From: Promethearchaeota archaeon
Lineage (GTDB): Archaea > Asgardarchaeota > Lokiarchaeia > Sigyniarchaeales > SOKP01
Assembly (NCBI GenBank): GCA_048941185.1
Contig: JBHLNW010000006.1
Coordinates: forward strand, 1,115-65,114
Direction of reading: 5' to 3'
Length of the DNA stretch: 64,000 bases
Shown here: positions 36,817 to 47,305 of the stretch, one piece after another
Layout of the letters: every line of letters starts with the position of its first letter
Position numbering within the stretch: position 1 is the stretch's first letter
Position numbers and translations under genes: made by a program
Notes under the pieces: model-generated
The model's input: the letters and a program-made list of their open reading frames with translations, nothing else
Database searches by the model: none
Told to the model about the DNA's origin: nothing

Positions 36817-38217
36817 ATGACACTTCCAGTTGTTTTTATGCAGCTTAGTTCTTGTTGGGGTTGCCATCAAAGTTTATTAAATGCTCATTTTGAAATGCTT
36901 CCTGTTCTTTCAGAATTAGAAATTGTTTATTGGCCAACAATTTTTGATATAAAAAATAATTCAATAATAGAAAAAGATGAAGGAAAAATAAAGATTGGTT
37001 TTATTGAAGGAGTTGTGAGAACAGAAGAGGATACGGTAAAAGTTAAGCTTATGAGGCAAAAATGCGATATAATTGTTGCTTTTGGTGCATGTGCTTGTTA
37101 TGGAAGTATTGCGGGTTTAGCTAACTTATATGAGAAAGATGAATTAGTGAAAAGAAAATTCGAAGAAATAGAATCTATTGTAGAGAGAAGTTCAGAAGAG
37201 CCAACGCTCAACTTACCCAAGTTTGAAGATTTTGTATATAATGTTAAAGATTTAATAAATGTTGATTTATTTATTCCTGGATGTCCTCCAAAAACCGAAA
37301 ATATCACCGCTATGATGTTTTATTTAATAAGTCGATTAAAAAGTAAACCGAAATCTCGTGATCGCGTTAAATCGGTATGTGATACTTGTGATTTATTTTC
37401 TCAAAATTGCTTATTAGATCAAGGAAGAGTATGTTTTGGCCCAATAACTGCTTCAGGTTGTGAGTTGATGTGTCCTCATAATTCTGATATTTGCTATGGT
37501 TGTTATGAATATACGATTAATCCCGGCGAGAAAACTCAAATTTTAGAAAAAATGATATTTGAATTGAATGATTTAGATGACGAAAAAAGAAGGATTTTAC
37601 TGCATTTTTTAATATCTTACCTTGGAGGTTCTAATATAACTAATTTTTATTTTCGTAAAGATTTATTGCAGCGATTAGCATATGAGCCCGAAAGTTTTAA
37701 TCAAAAAGAAAAAAAAACTGAAAATGGGATGATATCATTATTAAATGTTAATCCTACAGGAATTACTATAATTGACGAGCTTATCGGTGTAATCTTGCTT
37801 CTTTTAAAAAATGATCAGAATTTTAAATTTAGTACAAAAACTGTTTGTAGCCATTGTGAAAGGATTATTGTTGATAAAGTTCCAATAAAATTGAAGAGAG
37901 ATTATGAGGGATTACCTAAAACAGATAAATGTTTCTTGGAACAAGGTTATATATGTCTTGGTTTAGTTACTCAAGCAGGTTGTGGAACTATTTGTCCAAA
38001 TAAAGCAAATGCTCCCTGTTTAGGGTGCTATGGCCCTCCTATTGGAATAAAAGATCAGGGAGTAAAATTCATAAGCACATTAGGATCTTTATGCACTGAT
38101 CTTAATCCTGATGATATTACAAACTTTATTAAAGATCCAGCTGGTCTATTTAATAGATTTACACTAGCAGATAGCATACTAAAACACAAATACCTTGATA
38201 AGACGAATGGTGCTTAA
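36817..38217 (+). CDS. orphan [NiFe]-hydrogenase small-subunit paralog (MvhG-like, extended)
   Basis: Collinear with 9554..10864 (MQLSSCWGCHQS.., two modules ending ICYGCYE and PCLGCYGP). No large subunit gene is adjacent. Confidence 0.75.
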   Translation: MTLPVVFMQLSSCWGCHQSLLNAHFEMLPVLSELEIVYWPTIFDIKNNSIIEKDEGKIKIGFIEGVVRTEEDTVKVKLMRQKCDIIVAFGACACYGSIAGLANLYEKDELVKRKFEEIESIVERSSEEPTLNLPKFEDFVYNVKDLINVDLFIPGCPPKTENITAMMFYLISRLKSKPKSRDRVKSVCDTCDLFSQNCLLDQGRVCFGPITASGCELMCPHNSDICYGCYEYTINPGEKTQILEKMIFELNDLDDEKRRILLHFLISYLGGSNITNFYFRKDLLQRLAYEPESFNQKEKKTENGMISLLNVNPTGITIIDELIGVILLLLKNDQNFKFSTKTVCSHCERIIVDKVPIKLKRDYEGLPKTDKCFLEQGYICLGLVTQAGCGTICPNKANAPCLGCYGPPIGIKDQGVKFISTLGSLCTDLNPDDITNFIKDPAGLFNRFTLADSILKHKYLDKTNGA

Positions 38218-38242
38218 GTACAATTAATAATAGCGCGTTCTT

Positions 38243-38632
38243 TTAGTTATGATTTTCAAATTTTCTTAATTTTTTAAAAAGATGTCGAAAACCCATAATT
38301 GGATGCGTATATATCATTCGGGGACCAGAATATCGCATAATCTCTCTGATTTTTTCTCTCATCACCGGTTTATAACAGTGAATCGGACATTTCTCGCATG
38401 TGGGTTTATTTTCATCAAATTGACAATAATTTAATCTTTTAATTGCATATTCGGATAATTCTAAACAATTATCGCAAAATTCACCATTAGAATCATGATT
38501 ATTTTTACAGTACATCCCAATCATTGTTCTTATTGTTTTTTTTTCTTTCTCTAGGCGATTCTTAGAAGAACTCATTTTATGTCGAAAATTATATTTAGAA
38601 ATATTATTTATAGTGGAAAGTGAAGTTTCCAA
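38243..38632 (-). CDS. Cys-rich 'nitrous-oxide-stimulated promoter' (YgbA-like) family protein
   Basis: Pattern C..N..FC..C...Y...R...C......C..CP.HCY.P..R..I..M...GPRM....P. Recognised from memory of the family. Confidence 0.55.
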   Translation of the reverse strand: METSLSTINNISKYNFRHKMSSSKNRLEKEKKTIRTMIGMYCKNNHDSNGEFCDNCLELSEYAIKRLNYCQFDENKPTCEKCPIHCYKPVMREKIREIMRYSGPRMIYTHPIMGFRHLFKKLRKFENHN

Positions 38633-38727
38633 TATATCTAAAAAATTGAATGTATTTTAGTTTGACACTTTTAATTCATAAATGCTACATAATAAAATAA
38701 AGGAGATATATTTTAAATAAAGATAAT

Positions 38728-39957
38728 TTGATAAACCATAGATTATTAAATCAGAGTAGTGTTATGGAAAGCAATTATCAAAAATCATTAGTAATAGGCA
38801 AAAAATATTATTTTTTAGCACTTATTTTAACATTTATAGTAAATTTCGATAGCACTGTTGTTATTCCGATTATTTCGAATTATGCGATTAGTTTAGGAGC
38901 ATCTATAATCCTTGCATCATTTATAGTTGGTGCATACTCAATAGTACATATTCCTTCTAATATAATTTCAGGTAGACTTGTTGACAAGATAGGGAGAAAA
39001 GTTTTGATCTCAACTGGAGTGATCTTAGATGGTTTTTCAATTTTATTATATTCATTAGCACAAGATGCATATTTTTTGCTTTTTGCTAGAATTATCCATG
39101 GAATAGGAGGTGGTTTTGGTGGTCCAGGAACGATGGCATACTTATTTGATACAACACCAAAAGAAAAGAGTGGAAGAGGAATGGCTTTTTATGGGATTTC
39201 ATTTGGTTTTGCTCTTCTATTTGGGTTTATGGTAGGCGGAATTGGCTCACAAGCAATAGGATATAAAAATTTATTTCTTATTATCTCAATAGTCATGTTT
39301 GTTATGACTGGGTTATCATTCATTTTACCTTCAATATATCATCCAGTTAAAGAGAAATTAAGTTTAAAAGAGGAATTTATCCTTTTTAAAGATATAATTA
39401 CTTCGAGGAAGACACTTACTCCATTCTTAGGTATATTAGCTTTAAACTTTAATTTAGGCATTATCACAGCAACTTATTCTGTTTTATTAAAGGAAGCTAA
39501 TTATAATGATGGACAAATCGGAATGGTATTTAGTGTTTTAGTGATCTTTTCAATTCTAGTTCATTATCCTTCTGGAATCCTTAGTGATAAGAAGGGAAAA
39601 GCGAGTATAATGAACATAGGTTTAATAATCGTTTCAATTAGTTTTCTAATATTAATGATTTCAATAAATTTTCCTATTCCAATTTTGGGAATGATGATTT
39701 TTGGGATTGGCCACGGCGCTATATTTCCAACATCGGCAGGACTAGTTAGAAACAATACAAGTGAAAGTAATCGTGGAATAGCAACAGGGACATTTTATGC
39801 ATTGGTAGTAGCTGGAATAGCAGGAGGTGCCCCGATATCTGGATTGGTTTTTGCTGCACTAGGAACTTTACCGATGTTACTCATAGGTACATTTATTCCC
39901 TTATCAACAGCTATTATACTCTTCATAATAAGCAAAAAATCTAACTTTTCTTCTTAA
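38728..39957 (+). CDS. MFS transporter
   Basis: About 12 TM segments and an MFS loop motif (GRLVDKIGRK). The start may instead be the ATG at 38764. Confidence 0.75.
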   Translation: MINHRLLNQSSVMESNYQKSLVIGKKYYFLALILTFIVNFDSTVVIPIISNYAISLGASIILASFIVGAYSIVHIPSNIISGRLVDKIGRKVLISTGVILDGFSILLYSLAQDAYFLLFARIIHGIGGGFGGPGTMAYLFDTTPKEKSGRGMAFYGISFGFALLFGFMVGGIGSQAIGYKNLFLIISIVMFVMTGLSFILPSIYHPVKEKLSLKEEFILFKDIITSRKTLTPFLGILALNFNLGIITATYSVLLKEANYNDGQIGMVFSVLVIFSILVHYPSGILSDKKGKASIMNIGLIIVSISFLILMISINFPIPILGMMIFGIGHGAIFPTSAGLVRNNTSESNRGIATGTFYALVVAGIAGGAPISGLVFAALGTLPMLLIGTFIPLSTAIILFIISKKSNFSS

Positions 39958-40146
39958 TTATGATCCCCTTCATAACAAAAAAGCATCTCAATGTTAAAGT
40001 GATGTATTTCTTCATTTAAGAAAAAACAATAAAAATAAATCTTGAAGAAGATTGAAATTTTTTTTAGTTTTGATTTATATACTTAGTATTAAGAAATATA
40101 TAGTTAACACATAAACTCTTTTAATTAATTATTCCTTCTATTTAAT

Positions 40147-41199
40147 ATGCGTGAGAAAAAAGAGAGCTTAAAAGTTATCAGATTAGCTCATGGAGCTGGT
40201 GGTGTTTTACAAGAAGAATTAATAGAGTTTATTACAAAAAATATTCCATTTAAAAATGTTAATAACGGTATCGGTGTTGAAGAATTAGACGATGGAGCTA
40301 CAATTCCATTGATTAATAATGATAAAGAGATTGTTGTTACTGCCGATGGACATACTGTTTATCCACTCTCCTTTCCGGGGGGAGATCTTGGAACTTTAAG
40401 TATTTGCGGTACTGTAAATGATTTAATAATGATGGGCGCCGAACCATTAGCTCTAACATCTATGATAATCATTGAAGAAGGATTTGAATTTAAAGAATTA
40501 GAAAAAATCATTAATTCAATGAATTTAAAGGCAAAAGAAGCCAAAATTGCGATTATTGCTGGAGATACAAAGGTCATGCCACGAGGTACATTAAATGAAC
40601 TTATAATCTCAACAACTGGTATTGGAATAAAAGACAAAACGATTAAAGTTTTAGACAATAATTTGAAAGATGGGGATAAAATTATATTAACTGGTAGTAT
40701 TGGAGATCATGGGACTGCATTAATGGCTTCTAGAGAAGGTTTAAATATTTCTACCGATTTAAAATCAGATATTTCGCTTTTATCGGAGATTTATGAGGTA
40801 ATTAAACCTGAAATTAAAAATAATTATATACATGCAATGAAAGATCCCACACGTGGAGGAATTTCAGCTGCTTTGAATGATTGGGCTAAAAAATCAAATG
40901 TTAGTATTTGGATTGAGGAAGAAAAAGTCCCAATAAAAAAGCAAGTTATCGCCATATGCGATATGCTAGGGTTAGATCCTTATAACATCGCAAGTGAAGG
41001 GAGAGCTCTCTTATCTGTAGATCTTCACCATTCTGAAAGTATCCTAAATAAAATAAAATCAACTCAAATAGGTAAAGAAGCAGAAATTATAGGTGAAGTG
41101 AAAATTGAAAATCCTAAACGAGTTTTCTTAAAAACAATCGTAGGTGGTACGCGTTTTATGGATATGCCGTTAGGAGAACCAATACCTAGAATTTGTTAA
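40147..41199 (+). CDS. hypE: hydrogenase maturation protein HypE
   Basis: AIR-synthase-like fold and the diagnostic C-terminal PRIC motif. Confidence 0.9.
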   Translation: MREKKESLKVIRLAHGAGGVLQEELIEFITKNIPFKNVNNGIGVEELDDGATIPLINNDKEIVVTADGHTVYPLSFPGGDLGTLSICGTVNDLIMMGAEPLALTSMIIIEEGFEFKELEKIINSMNLKAKEAKIAIIAGDTKVMPRGTLNELIISTTGIGIKDKTIKVLDNNLKDGDKIILTGSIGDHGTALMASREGLNISTDLKSDISLLSEIYEVIKPEIKNNYIHAMKDPTRGGISAALNDWAKKSNVSIWIEEEKVPIKKQVIAICDMLGLDPYNIASEGRALLSVDLHHSESILNKIKSTQIGKEAEIIGEVKIENPKRVFLKTIVGGTRFMDMPLGEPIPRIC

Positions 41200-41210
41200 T
41201 AGGTGAGAAA

Positions 41211-42314
41211 ATGGATATTCCTGGTTTAAACGTTTTAAAAAGTAAAGAATTCACGAAAAAAATTGTGAAAGCAATTAATAAAACAGTTAAGGAAATAGGT
41301 AAAACAGTTAAGTTCATGCATGTTTGTGGAACTCACGAACATACAATTTCAAAATATGGATTAAGAACTCTCCTTCCTAAAGAAATTGAAGTGTTATCTG
41401 GCCCAGGATGTCCCGTTTGTATATGCCCTGCAGCAGATATTGATAAAGCTGTTGAGCTTGGAAAAAGAAATGATACTATAATAACAACTTTTGGAGATAT
41501 GATACGTGTTCCTGCGACTAATATTTCACTTGCTGAATTAAAGGCTAAAGGTGCTGATGTAAGGATCGTATATGGTCCGAATGACGCAATTAAAATTGCA
41601 AAGGAAAACTCAAATAAAGAGGTAATCTTCTTTGCGATAGGATTTGAAACTACTGTTCCATTAATAGGATATGAGTTAAAATCTGGACCTCCTAATAATT
41701 TTTCAGTAATTTGCGCCCATAAATTAATACCTGCTGCTTTAGAACTTTTAATGAGCCAATCACAATTAAGAATTGATGGTTTTATATCTCCAGGACACGT
41801 ATCGACTATAATAGGTTTAAAACCATATGAGATCTTTTCTCAAGGTTATAGAATTCCAAATGTGATCTCTGGTTTTGAGCCTAATGATGTATTACTCTCT
41901 ATTTTGATGTTGTTGAAGCAAGTTAGAGAAAAGAAATACGATACATTAAATGAATATTCTAGGATAGTAAAACCTGAGGGTAATATCATTGCACAAAAAA
42001 TAATAGAAGATGTTTTTAAGTCAGTTACATCTCCATGGAGAGGCATTGGAAGAGTATATGATGGTGGTTTAGAAATCCGGGAAAAATATCGAGATTTTGA
42101 TGCAGATAAAAAATTTGATATAAAGATACCTAAGTCACAAGATATACCTCCAGGGTGTTCATGTCATCTAGTTATGGTTGGTAAATTATATCCTTATGAG
42201 TGCAAATTATTTAGAAAAGAATGTACTCCTATTAATCCTATAGGTCCATGTATGGTGTCCATGGAAGGAACTTGTAGCATTTATTACAAATATCATAGTG
42301 AAGAAAACTCTTAA
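41211..42314 (+). CDS. hypD: hydrogenase maturation protein HypD
   Basis: CGTHEH and GPGCPVC motifs. I prefer the ATG at 41211, which follows AGGTGA, over the tracked TTG at 41193. Confidence 0.9.
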   Translation: MDIPGLNVLKSKEFTKKIVKAINKTVKEIGKTVKFMHVCGTHEHTISKYGLRTLLPKEIEVLSGPGCPVCICPAADIDKAVELGKRNDTIITTFGDMIRVPATNISLAELKAKGADVRIVYGPNDAIKIAKENSNKEVIFFAIGFETTVPLIGYELKSGPPNNFSVICAHKLIPAALELLMSQSQLRIDGFISPGHVSTIIGLKPYEIFSQGYRIPNVISGFEPNDVLLSILMLLKQVREKKYDTLNEYSRIVKPEGNIIAQKIIEDVFKSVTSPWRGIGRVYDGGLEIREKYRDFDADKKFDIKIPKSQDIPPGCSCHLVMVGKLYPYECKLFRKECTPINPIGPCMVSMEGTCSIYYKYHSEENS

Positions 42315-43183
42315 ATAGACCATGGAAAGCAAGAATCATATTGATCAGTTCCCCAAAGATCTGTAGCAGGGAAGTTTATTCGATATCCTTTTTCATAATT
42401 TTTGTTAAAATATGTTTTTATATGCATTCCCCACACAATTTTATCAAAATCTGCTCGGGTTAATCTTTGCGCTTTAACATTTTTAGAGAAATGTTTCGTG
42501 CTATGTTCTAGGCTACATTTCCAGAAATAAGTCTTTTTTTTTAAAAATGGCATTTTAGCTCCTTGATCTTCTTGAACCCAAGATACAAAACAAATATCAT
42601 CTTTACCTTCTAAGCTATTTTCCAAATATTTAAGCCTAGATTCAAAACCTCCCTCACTTGCTGCCCAATATCCTCCCCAATAGCTTACAAGTACAATCAA
42701 AACTTTTCCTTTCATTTCTCGTACTGTTGGCCACTTAAAATTATTTTCTCTGAAATCTTTAAATGTAAAAAGAGTTTTAGGTTTGAAGGAATCGATTATG
42801 ATCTTATTTAATTTCTTGATTCCAAATAATTCTTCTGGTTCATTATTTGAGTCAATAATGGAATCCTTAAGCTCAACAAATAGTGTGATAGGTGCATGAT
42901 CTTTATTCTGTTCACTGGACCAATTATCTAATACCTTTAACCAATTGGATAATAGAAGATCATTGGGATTTCCATCCACATTAAGAAGACAATCAATATG
43001 ATTTTGCAGATGATATACTTCGAAATCGCCTAATTCCTGTATTTTATCATCGTGAATATCATATTCAAGACCTCTAACACCCTTATTTAATTGTTCTCTT
43101 ATTGAATGTTCATATGAATTATGACTTGTCTTGAAAAATGCTTTGTTATATGGAATGTCCCATAAATTATCTTCTAATGTCAT
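42311..43183 (-). CDS. PLC-like phosphodiesterase (PI-PLC X-domain-like), no signal peptide
   Basis: TSHNSYE..GVRGLEYDIHDD..FEVYHL..APITLFVELKD resembles the catalytic His/acid pattern of Ca-dependent PI-PLC-like enzymes. Confidence 0.5.
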   Translation of the reverse strand: MTLEDNLWDIPYNKAFFKTSHNSYEHSIREQLNKGVRGLEYDIHDDKIQELGDFEVYHLQNHIDCLLNVDGNPNDLLLSNWLKVLDNWSSEQNKDHAPITLFVELKDSIIDSNNEPEELFGIKKLNKIIIDSFKPKTLFTFKDFRENNFKWPTVREMKGKVLIVLVSYWGGYWAASEGGFESRLKYLENSLEGKDDICFVSWVQEDQGAKMPFLKKKTYFWKCSLEHSTKHFSKNVKAQRLTRADFDKIVWGMHIKTYFNKNYEKGYRINFPATDLWGTDQYDSCFPWSI

Positions 43184-43332
43184 TTTGGTATTAATGAACT
43201 TAAATGATTATATTATTTTAAAACAAAATTTTAATTTAAAAAGGCTTTTCATAATAAAATATTAATCTTATTTTTAAGCGATTATTTAATAATTTGGATC
43301 AATAATTAAAACAGAAAGATTGAGAGAATTAC

Positions 43333-45735
43333 TTGAAAAATTATAAAACCGTTGAGATTAATATTATAGGAATAGTTCAGGGAGTAGGATTTAGACCATT
43401 TTTGTATAATTTAGCTCGTTCCTTAAATCTTAATGGCTATATATTAAATAGAGGTAATGCCGGTGTAAGATTAATTCTACAAGGTAATTCTGAAAATATT
43501 AAAAAATTTCTAAAAGATATTAAAATAAAGAAACCAGAAATCTCATTTATCGAAGATATTGAAATAGAAAATTTAGATATTCATGATAAATTTAACTATC
43601 TTGAGATAAAAAAAAGTGAAGAAGGTAGAGGTATTAGTCAATCACTTCCACCAGATATAGCAATTTGTGATAATTGTCTAAAAGATATGCACAATCCTCA
43701 ATATAAGAAGTATTATAATTATCCTTTTATTGCATGTGCTGTGTGTGGTCCCAGGTTTACTACAGTCACATCTCTACCTTATGATAGAGAGAGAAGTACT
43801 ATGATTAAATTTCCTTTCTGCCAACAAGCTGAACCTGAATCTTGTATTCAAGAATATTCAGATTTTAATAATAGAAGATTTCATGCTCAAACCTTTGCTT
43901 GTTCTGTATGTGGTCCTAAATATACTCTGTATAATAAGACTGGAGAGATTATTAATGATAACTCAATTAATCTTATTTTGCAGAAAACTGCAAAATTAAT
44001 CAATGAGGGGAATATAGTCGCTGTTAAAGGTATCGGAGGTACTCATTTGGTCTGTCTAGTGGATAATGATGTCATTATAAAACTCCGTACAAGAAAAGAG
44101 AAAAGAAAAAACAAACCCTTTGCTTTAATGGTACCTAATTTAAGATTAATAGAAAAAGAACTTAGAATTTCACCTTTCGAAAGAAAAATTTTAACATCTT
44201 TTCGTAAGCCTATAGTATTATTAAAAAGAAAAGGTGTTTCCAATGACACTTTAATCAGTGAACAAGTGGCACCAGGACTAAATAATGTTGGAATTATGCT
44301 CCCATATTCAGGAATACATCACCTTTTATTTGATTTTATCGGAGAAAAACCATTAGTATATACAAGTGGCAATAAATCATATATTCCTATGGCTATTGAA
44401 AATGATGATATATTTCATCAACTTAAAGAGTTAGCTGATGTATTTCTTCTTCATAATAGACAAATCTATCAGAGAGTTGATGATAGTGTTCTAAGAGTTC
44501 ATGATAATAAGTTAAAATTAATTAGACGCTCAAGAGGTTTTATCCCAGAATATTTACCATTGCCTTTCAAAGTAGATGTCCAAGGTGCTATAGCAACTGG
44601 ACCTGAATTAACTACAACGGGAGCTATTTTAAGATTCAATAGAATATTTCCAACTCAACATATAGGAAATGTAACCCACCTTGAAACTTATGAATTTTTA
44701 AAAAATTCACTTTCACATATGAAAAATCTTCTTCAGATCAAAGATTCAGAAATTGAATTTATTGCATGTGATTTGCATCCAGAATTTATTACTACCAAAT
44801 TTGGTAAGGAATTATCGACCCAATTTAATATTCCTCTTTATTATATCCAACATCATTTTGCTCATATATTAGGATTAATGTCAGAAAATAAGGTTAGCCC
44901 TGAGGAAGAAATTATTGCGATAAGCACTGATGGAGTAGGTTTTGGGGATGATGGTAATGTTTGGGGTGGAGAAGTAATATTAAGTAATTATAATGATTAT
45001 AAACGACTTGGTCATTTAGAATATCAACCAATGGTTGGAGGAGATCGTTGTACTAAATATCCTGCTCGAATGTTAGCCTCAATTTTATTAAAAGAACTAG
45101 AAATTGAAGAGGCTTCTAGAATTTTTGATGACTTAAAAATGCAGAATGATTTAGAATATAAAGAAAGAGAATTAAAAACTTTAATTTCACAATTTAAAGA
45201 AGCAAATTATCAATTTCCTTCTAGAAATGTGCCCTTAACAAGCTCTACGGGCAGAATTTTTGATGTTGTTTCATACATTTTGGGAGTATCTACTGTAAAG
45301 ACATATAGAGGTGAACCTGCAATGAGACTTGAGGGATTAGCGTCAAAAGGAAATCCAGAAAATATTAAACTGAAAGTTAATGTAATTAAAAAAAAGCATA
45401 TATCAATAATAAATAGCTCTAAATTAATTCTTGATCTGTTAGAATTATCCAAAGATAAACATAATCGACCAGCAGATATCGCTGCTAAGTTTCAGATTGA
45501 ATTGGCTTTAAGCTTTGCTAAGATTGCTAAAGAATTAGCGGAGCTAAATGGAATTAAAAAAATTGGATTAACTGGTGGTGTTGCTTATAATTATTCATTC
45601 TCAAAAACGTTAAAAAGTAATATAAAATCTGATAATTTTACCTTTTTAGAACATAATTCGATCGCTCCTGGAGATGCTGGTATCAGCACTGGGCAACTGA
45701 TCGGTGGATTATTCCAATACCTTAATAATAGTTAA
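43333..45735 (+). CDS. hypF: carbamoyltransferase HypF
   Basis: Acylphosphatase-like N-terminus, two CxxC..CxxC zinc fingers (CDNC..CAVCGPR; C..CSVCGPK), then YrdC-like and Kae1-like domains. TTG start. Confidence 0.9.
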   Translation: MKNYKTVEINIIGIVQGVGFRPFLYNLARSLNLNGYILNRGNAGVRLILQGNSENIKKFLKDIKIKKPEISFIEDIEIENLDIHDKFNYLEIKKSEEGRGISQSLPPDIAICDNCLKDMHNPQYKKYYNYPFIACAVCGPRFTTVTSLPYDRERSTMIKFPFCQQAEPESCIQEYSDFNNRRFHAQTFACSVCGPKYTLYNKTGEIINDNSINLILQKTAKLINEGNIVAVKGIGGTHLVCLVDNDVIIKLRTRKEKRKNKPFALMVPNLRLIEKELRISPFERKILTSFRKPIVLLKRKGVSNDTLISEQVAPGLNNVGIMLPYSGIHHLLFDFIGEKPLVYTSGNKSYIPMAIENDDIFHQLKELADVFLLHNRQIYQRVDDSVLRVHDNKLKLIRRSRGFIPEYLPLPFKVDVQGAIATGPELTTTGAILRFNRIFPTQHIGNVTHLETYEFLKNSLSHMKNLLQIKDSEIEFIACDLHPEFITTKFGKELSTQFNIPLYYIQHHFAHILGLMSENKVSPEEEIIAISTDGVGFGDDGNVWGGEVILSNYNDYKRLGHLEYQPMVGGDRCTKYPARMLASILLKELEIEEASRIFDDLKMQNDLEYKERELKTLISQFKEANYQFPSRNVPLTSSTGRIFDVVSYILGVSTVKTYRGEPAMRLEGLASKGNPENIKLKVNVIKKKHISIINSSKLILDLLELSKDKHNRPADIAAKFQIELALSFAKIAKELAELNGIKKIGLTGGVAYNYSFSKTLKSNIKSDNFTFLEHNSIAPGDAGISTGQLIGGLFQYLNNS

Positions 45736-45895
45736 TGTTTATAAAATTTTGCAGCAAATTCAAATATTGTTTCTCGAAGGTTATTTAGACAAATTTTTCT
45801 AGATTATTCGGTATTATATTAGCTGTTTCAAATCATATTGGATTAATAATTTCATTTAATAACATCTTTTCGTTTAAATATTTAGTGAAAGGATC

Positions 45896-47293
45896 ATGGG
45901 TGGGCTTTTTGGTGTTTTTTCAAATTCAGATTGTTTAGAGGATCTTTTTTATGGAACAGATTATCATTCTCATTTAGGAACTAGAAGAGGAGGGTTAGCG
46001 GTTAAAAATTCAGGCGGTTTTCAAAGATATATTAAAAATATCACAACAACCCAATTTCGATCTAAATTTGAGAAAGATATCAAGAAAATGCATGGAAATA
46101 AAGGTATTGGTGTGATTAGTGATTATGATGATCAACCATTAATAATCAGCTCACATTTAGGCGTATTTGCCATTTGTACAGTTGGAAAAATTAATAACAC
46201 AGAAGTTTTAGCAAGAGAGGCTTTAAATAATGGATCTCATTTTTCAGAGATGCATGGAGGCGAAATTAATCCTACAGAACTTGTAGCAACAATTATAAGT
46301 CAAGGAGACAACTTTAAAGAGGGAATTCAAAAAGTTCAAGATATGGTTGATGGTTCATGTACGATGCTTATTTTAACAAGTGAAGGTATTTATGCAGTTC
46401 GGGATAAGCTTGGAAGAACACCTTTAATAATAGGGGAAAAAATTGATTCTTATGCTATCACGATGGAAACATGTGCATTTCCTAATCTTGGATATAAAAT
46501 AACAAGATACCTTGGACCAGGTGAAGTAGTCTATATAAGTAAAAATGGTCTTGAACAAAAAATCCCTCCAGGAAATCGTATGCAAATTTGTGGTTTTCTA
46601 TGGGTTTATTACGGATATCCTGCATCTAATTATGAAAATATTAATGTCGAAGTTGTTAGGTATAATTGTGGTTCTTTATTAGCTAAAAATGATAACACTC
46701 CAATTGATCTCGTTGCAGGTATTCCAGATTCTGGTACTGGACACGCTTTAGGTTACGCAAGCGAGACAAAAATACCTTTCTCACGACCTTTTGTTAAATA
46801 TACACCCACTTGGCCCCGTAGCTTCATGCCTCAAGATCAATCTATTAGAGATGAGGTCGCGAGAATGAAACTTATCCCTATTAAAGAACTCATCAACCAA
46901 AAGCGTCTACTTTTCTGTGAGGATTCAATTGTAAGAGGGACTCAACTTAAGAAAACAATTCAACGGTTGTATGAATATGGCGCTATGGAAGTCCACATGA
47001 GACCTGCATGTCCCCCATTAGTTTACAGCTGTAAATTTCTAAATTTCTCTCGATCTCGTTCAGAACTAGATTTAGCAGGACGATGGGCGATAAAAGAACT
47101 AATAGGAAAAAATATTGATGATCCCATTGAGTATGTTGACCCCAAATCTGATAAATATAAATCAATGGTTGAGGTAATACGTAAGAAATTGGGCTTAACT
47201 TCTTTAAAATATCAGAAACTTGAAGATCTAATTATTGCAATAGGCTTACCGAAGGAAAAAATATGCACATATTGCTGGGATGGAGCGGAATAG
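45896..47293 (+). CDS. amidophosphoribosyltransferase-like paralog lacking the N-terminal nucleophile Cys
   Basis: Collinear with PurF and keeps a PRTase motif (LLFCEDSIVRGTQ). It begins MGGLFGVF instead of (M)CG. Confidence 0.7.
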   Translation: MGGLFGVFSNSDCLEDLFYGTDYHSHLGTRRGGLAVKNSGGFQRYIKNITTTQFRSKFEKDIKKMHGNKGIGVISDYDDQPLIISSHLGVFAICTVGKINNTEVLAREALNNGSHFSEMHGGEINPTELVATIISQGDNFKEGIQKVQDMVDGSCTMLILTSEGIYAVRDKLGRTPLIIGEKIDSYAITMETCAFPNLGYKITRYLGPGEVVYISKNGLEQKIPPGNRMQICGFLWVYYGYPASNYENINVEVVRYNCGSLLAKNDNTPIDLVAGIPDSGTGHALGYASETKIPFSRPFVKYTPTWPRSFMPQDQSIRDEVARMKLIPIKELINQKRLLFCEDSIVRGTQLKKTIQRLYEYGAMEVHMRPACPPLVYSCKFLNFSRSRSELDLAGRWAIKELIGKNIDDPIEYVDPKSDKYKSMVEVIRKKLGLTSLKYQKLEDLIIAIGLPKEKICTYCWDGAE

Positions 47294-47305
47294 AGAATAA
47301 GGGGG

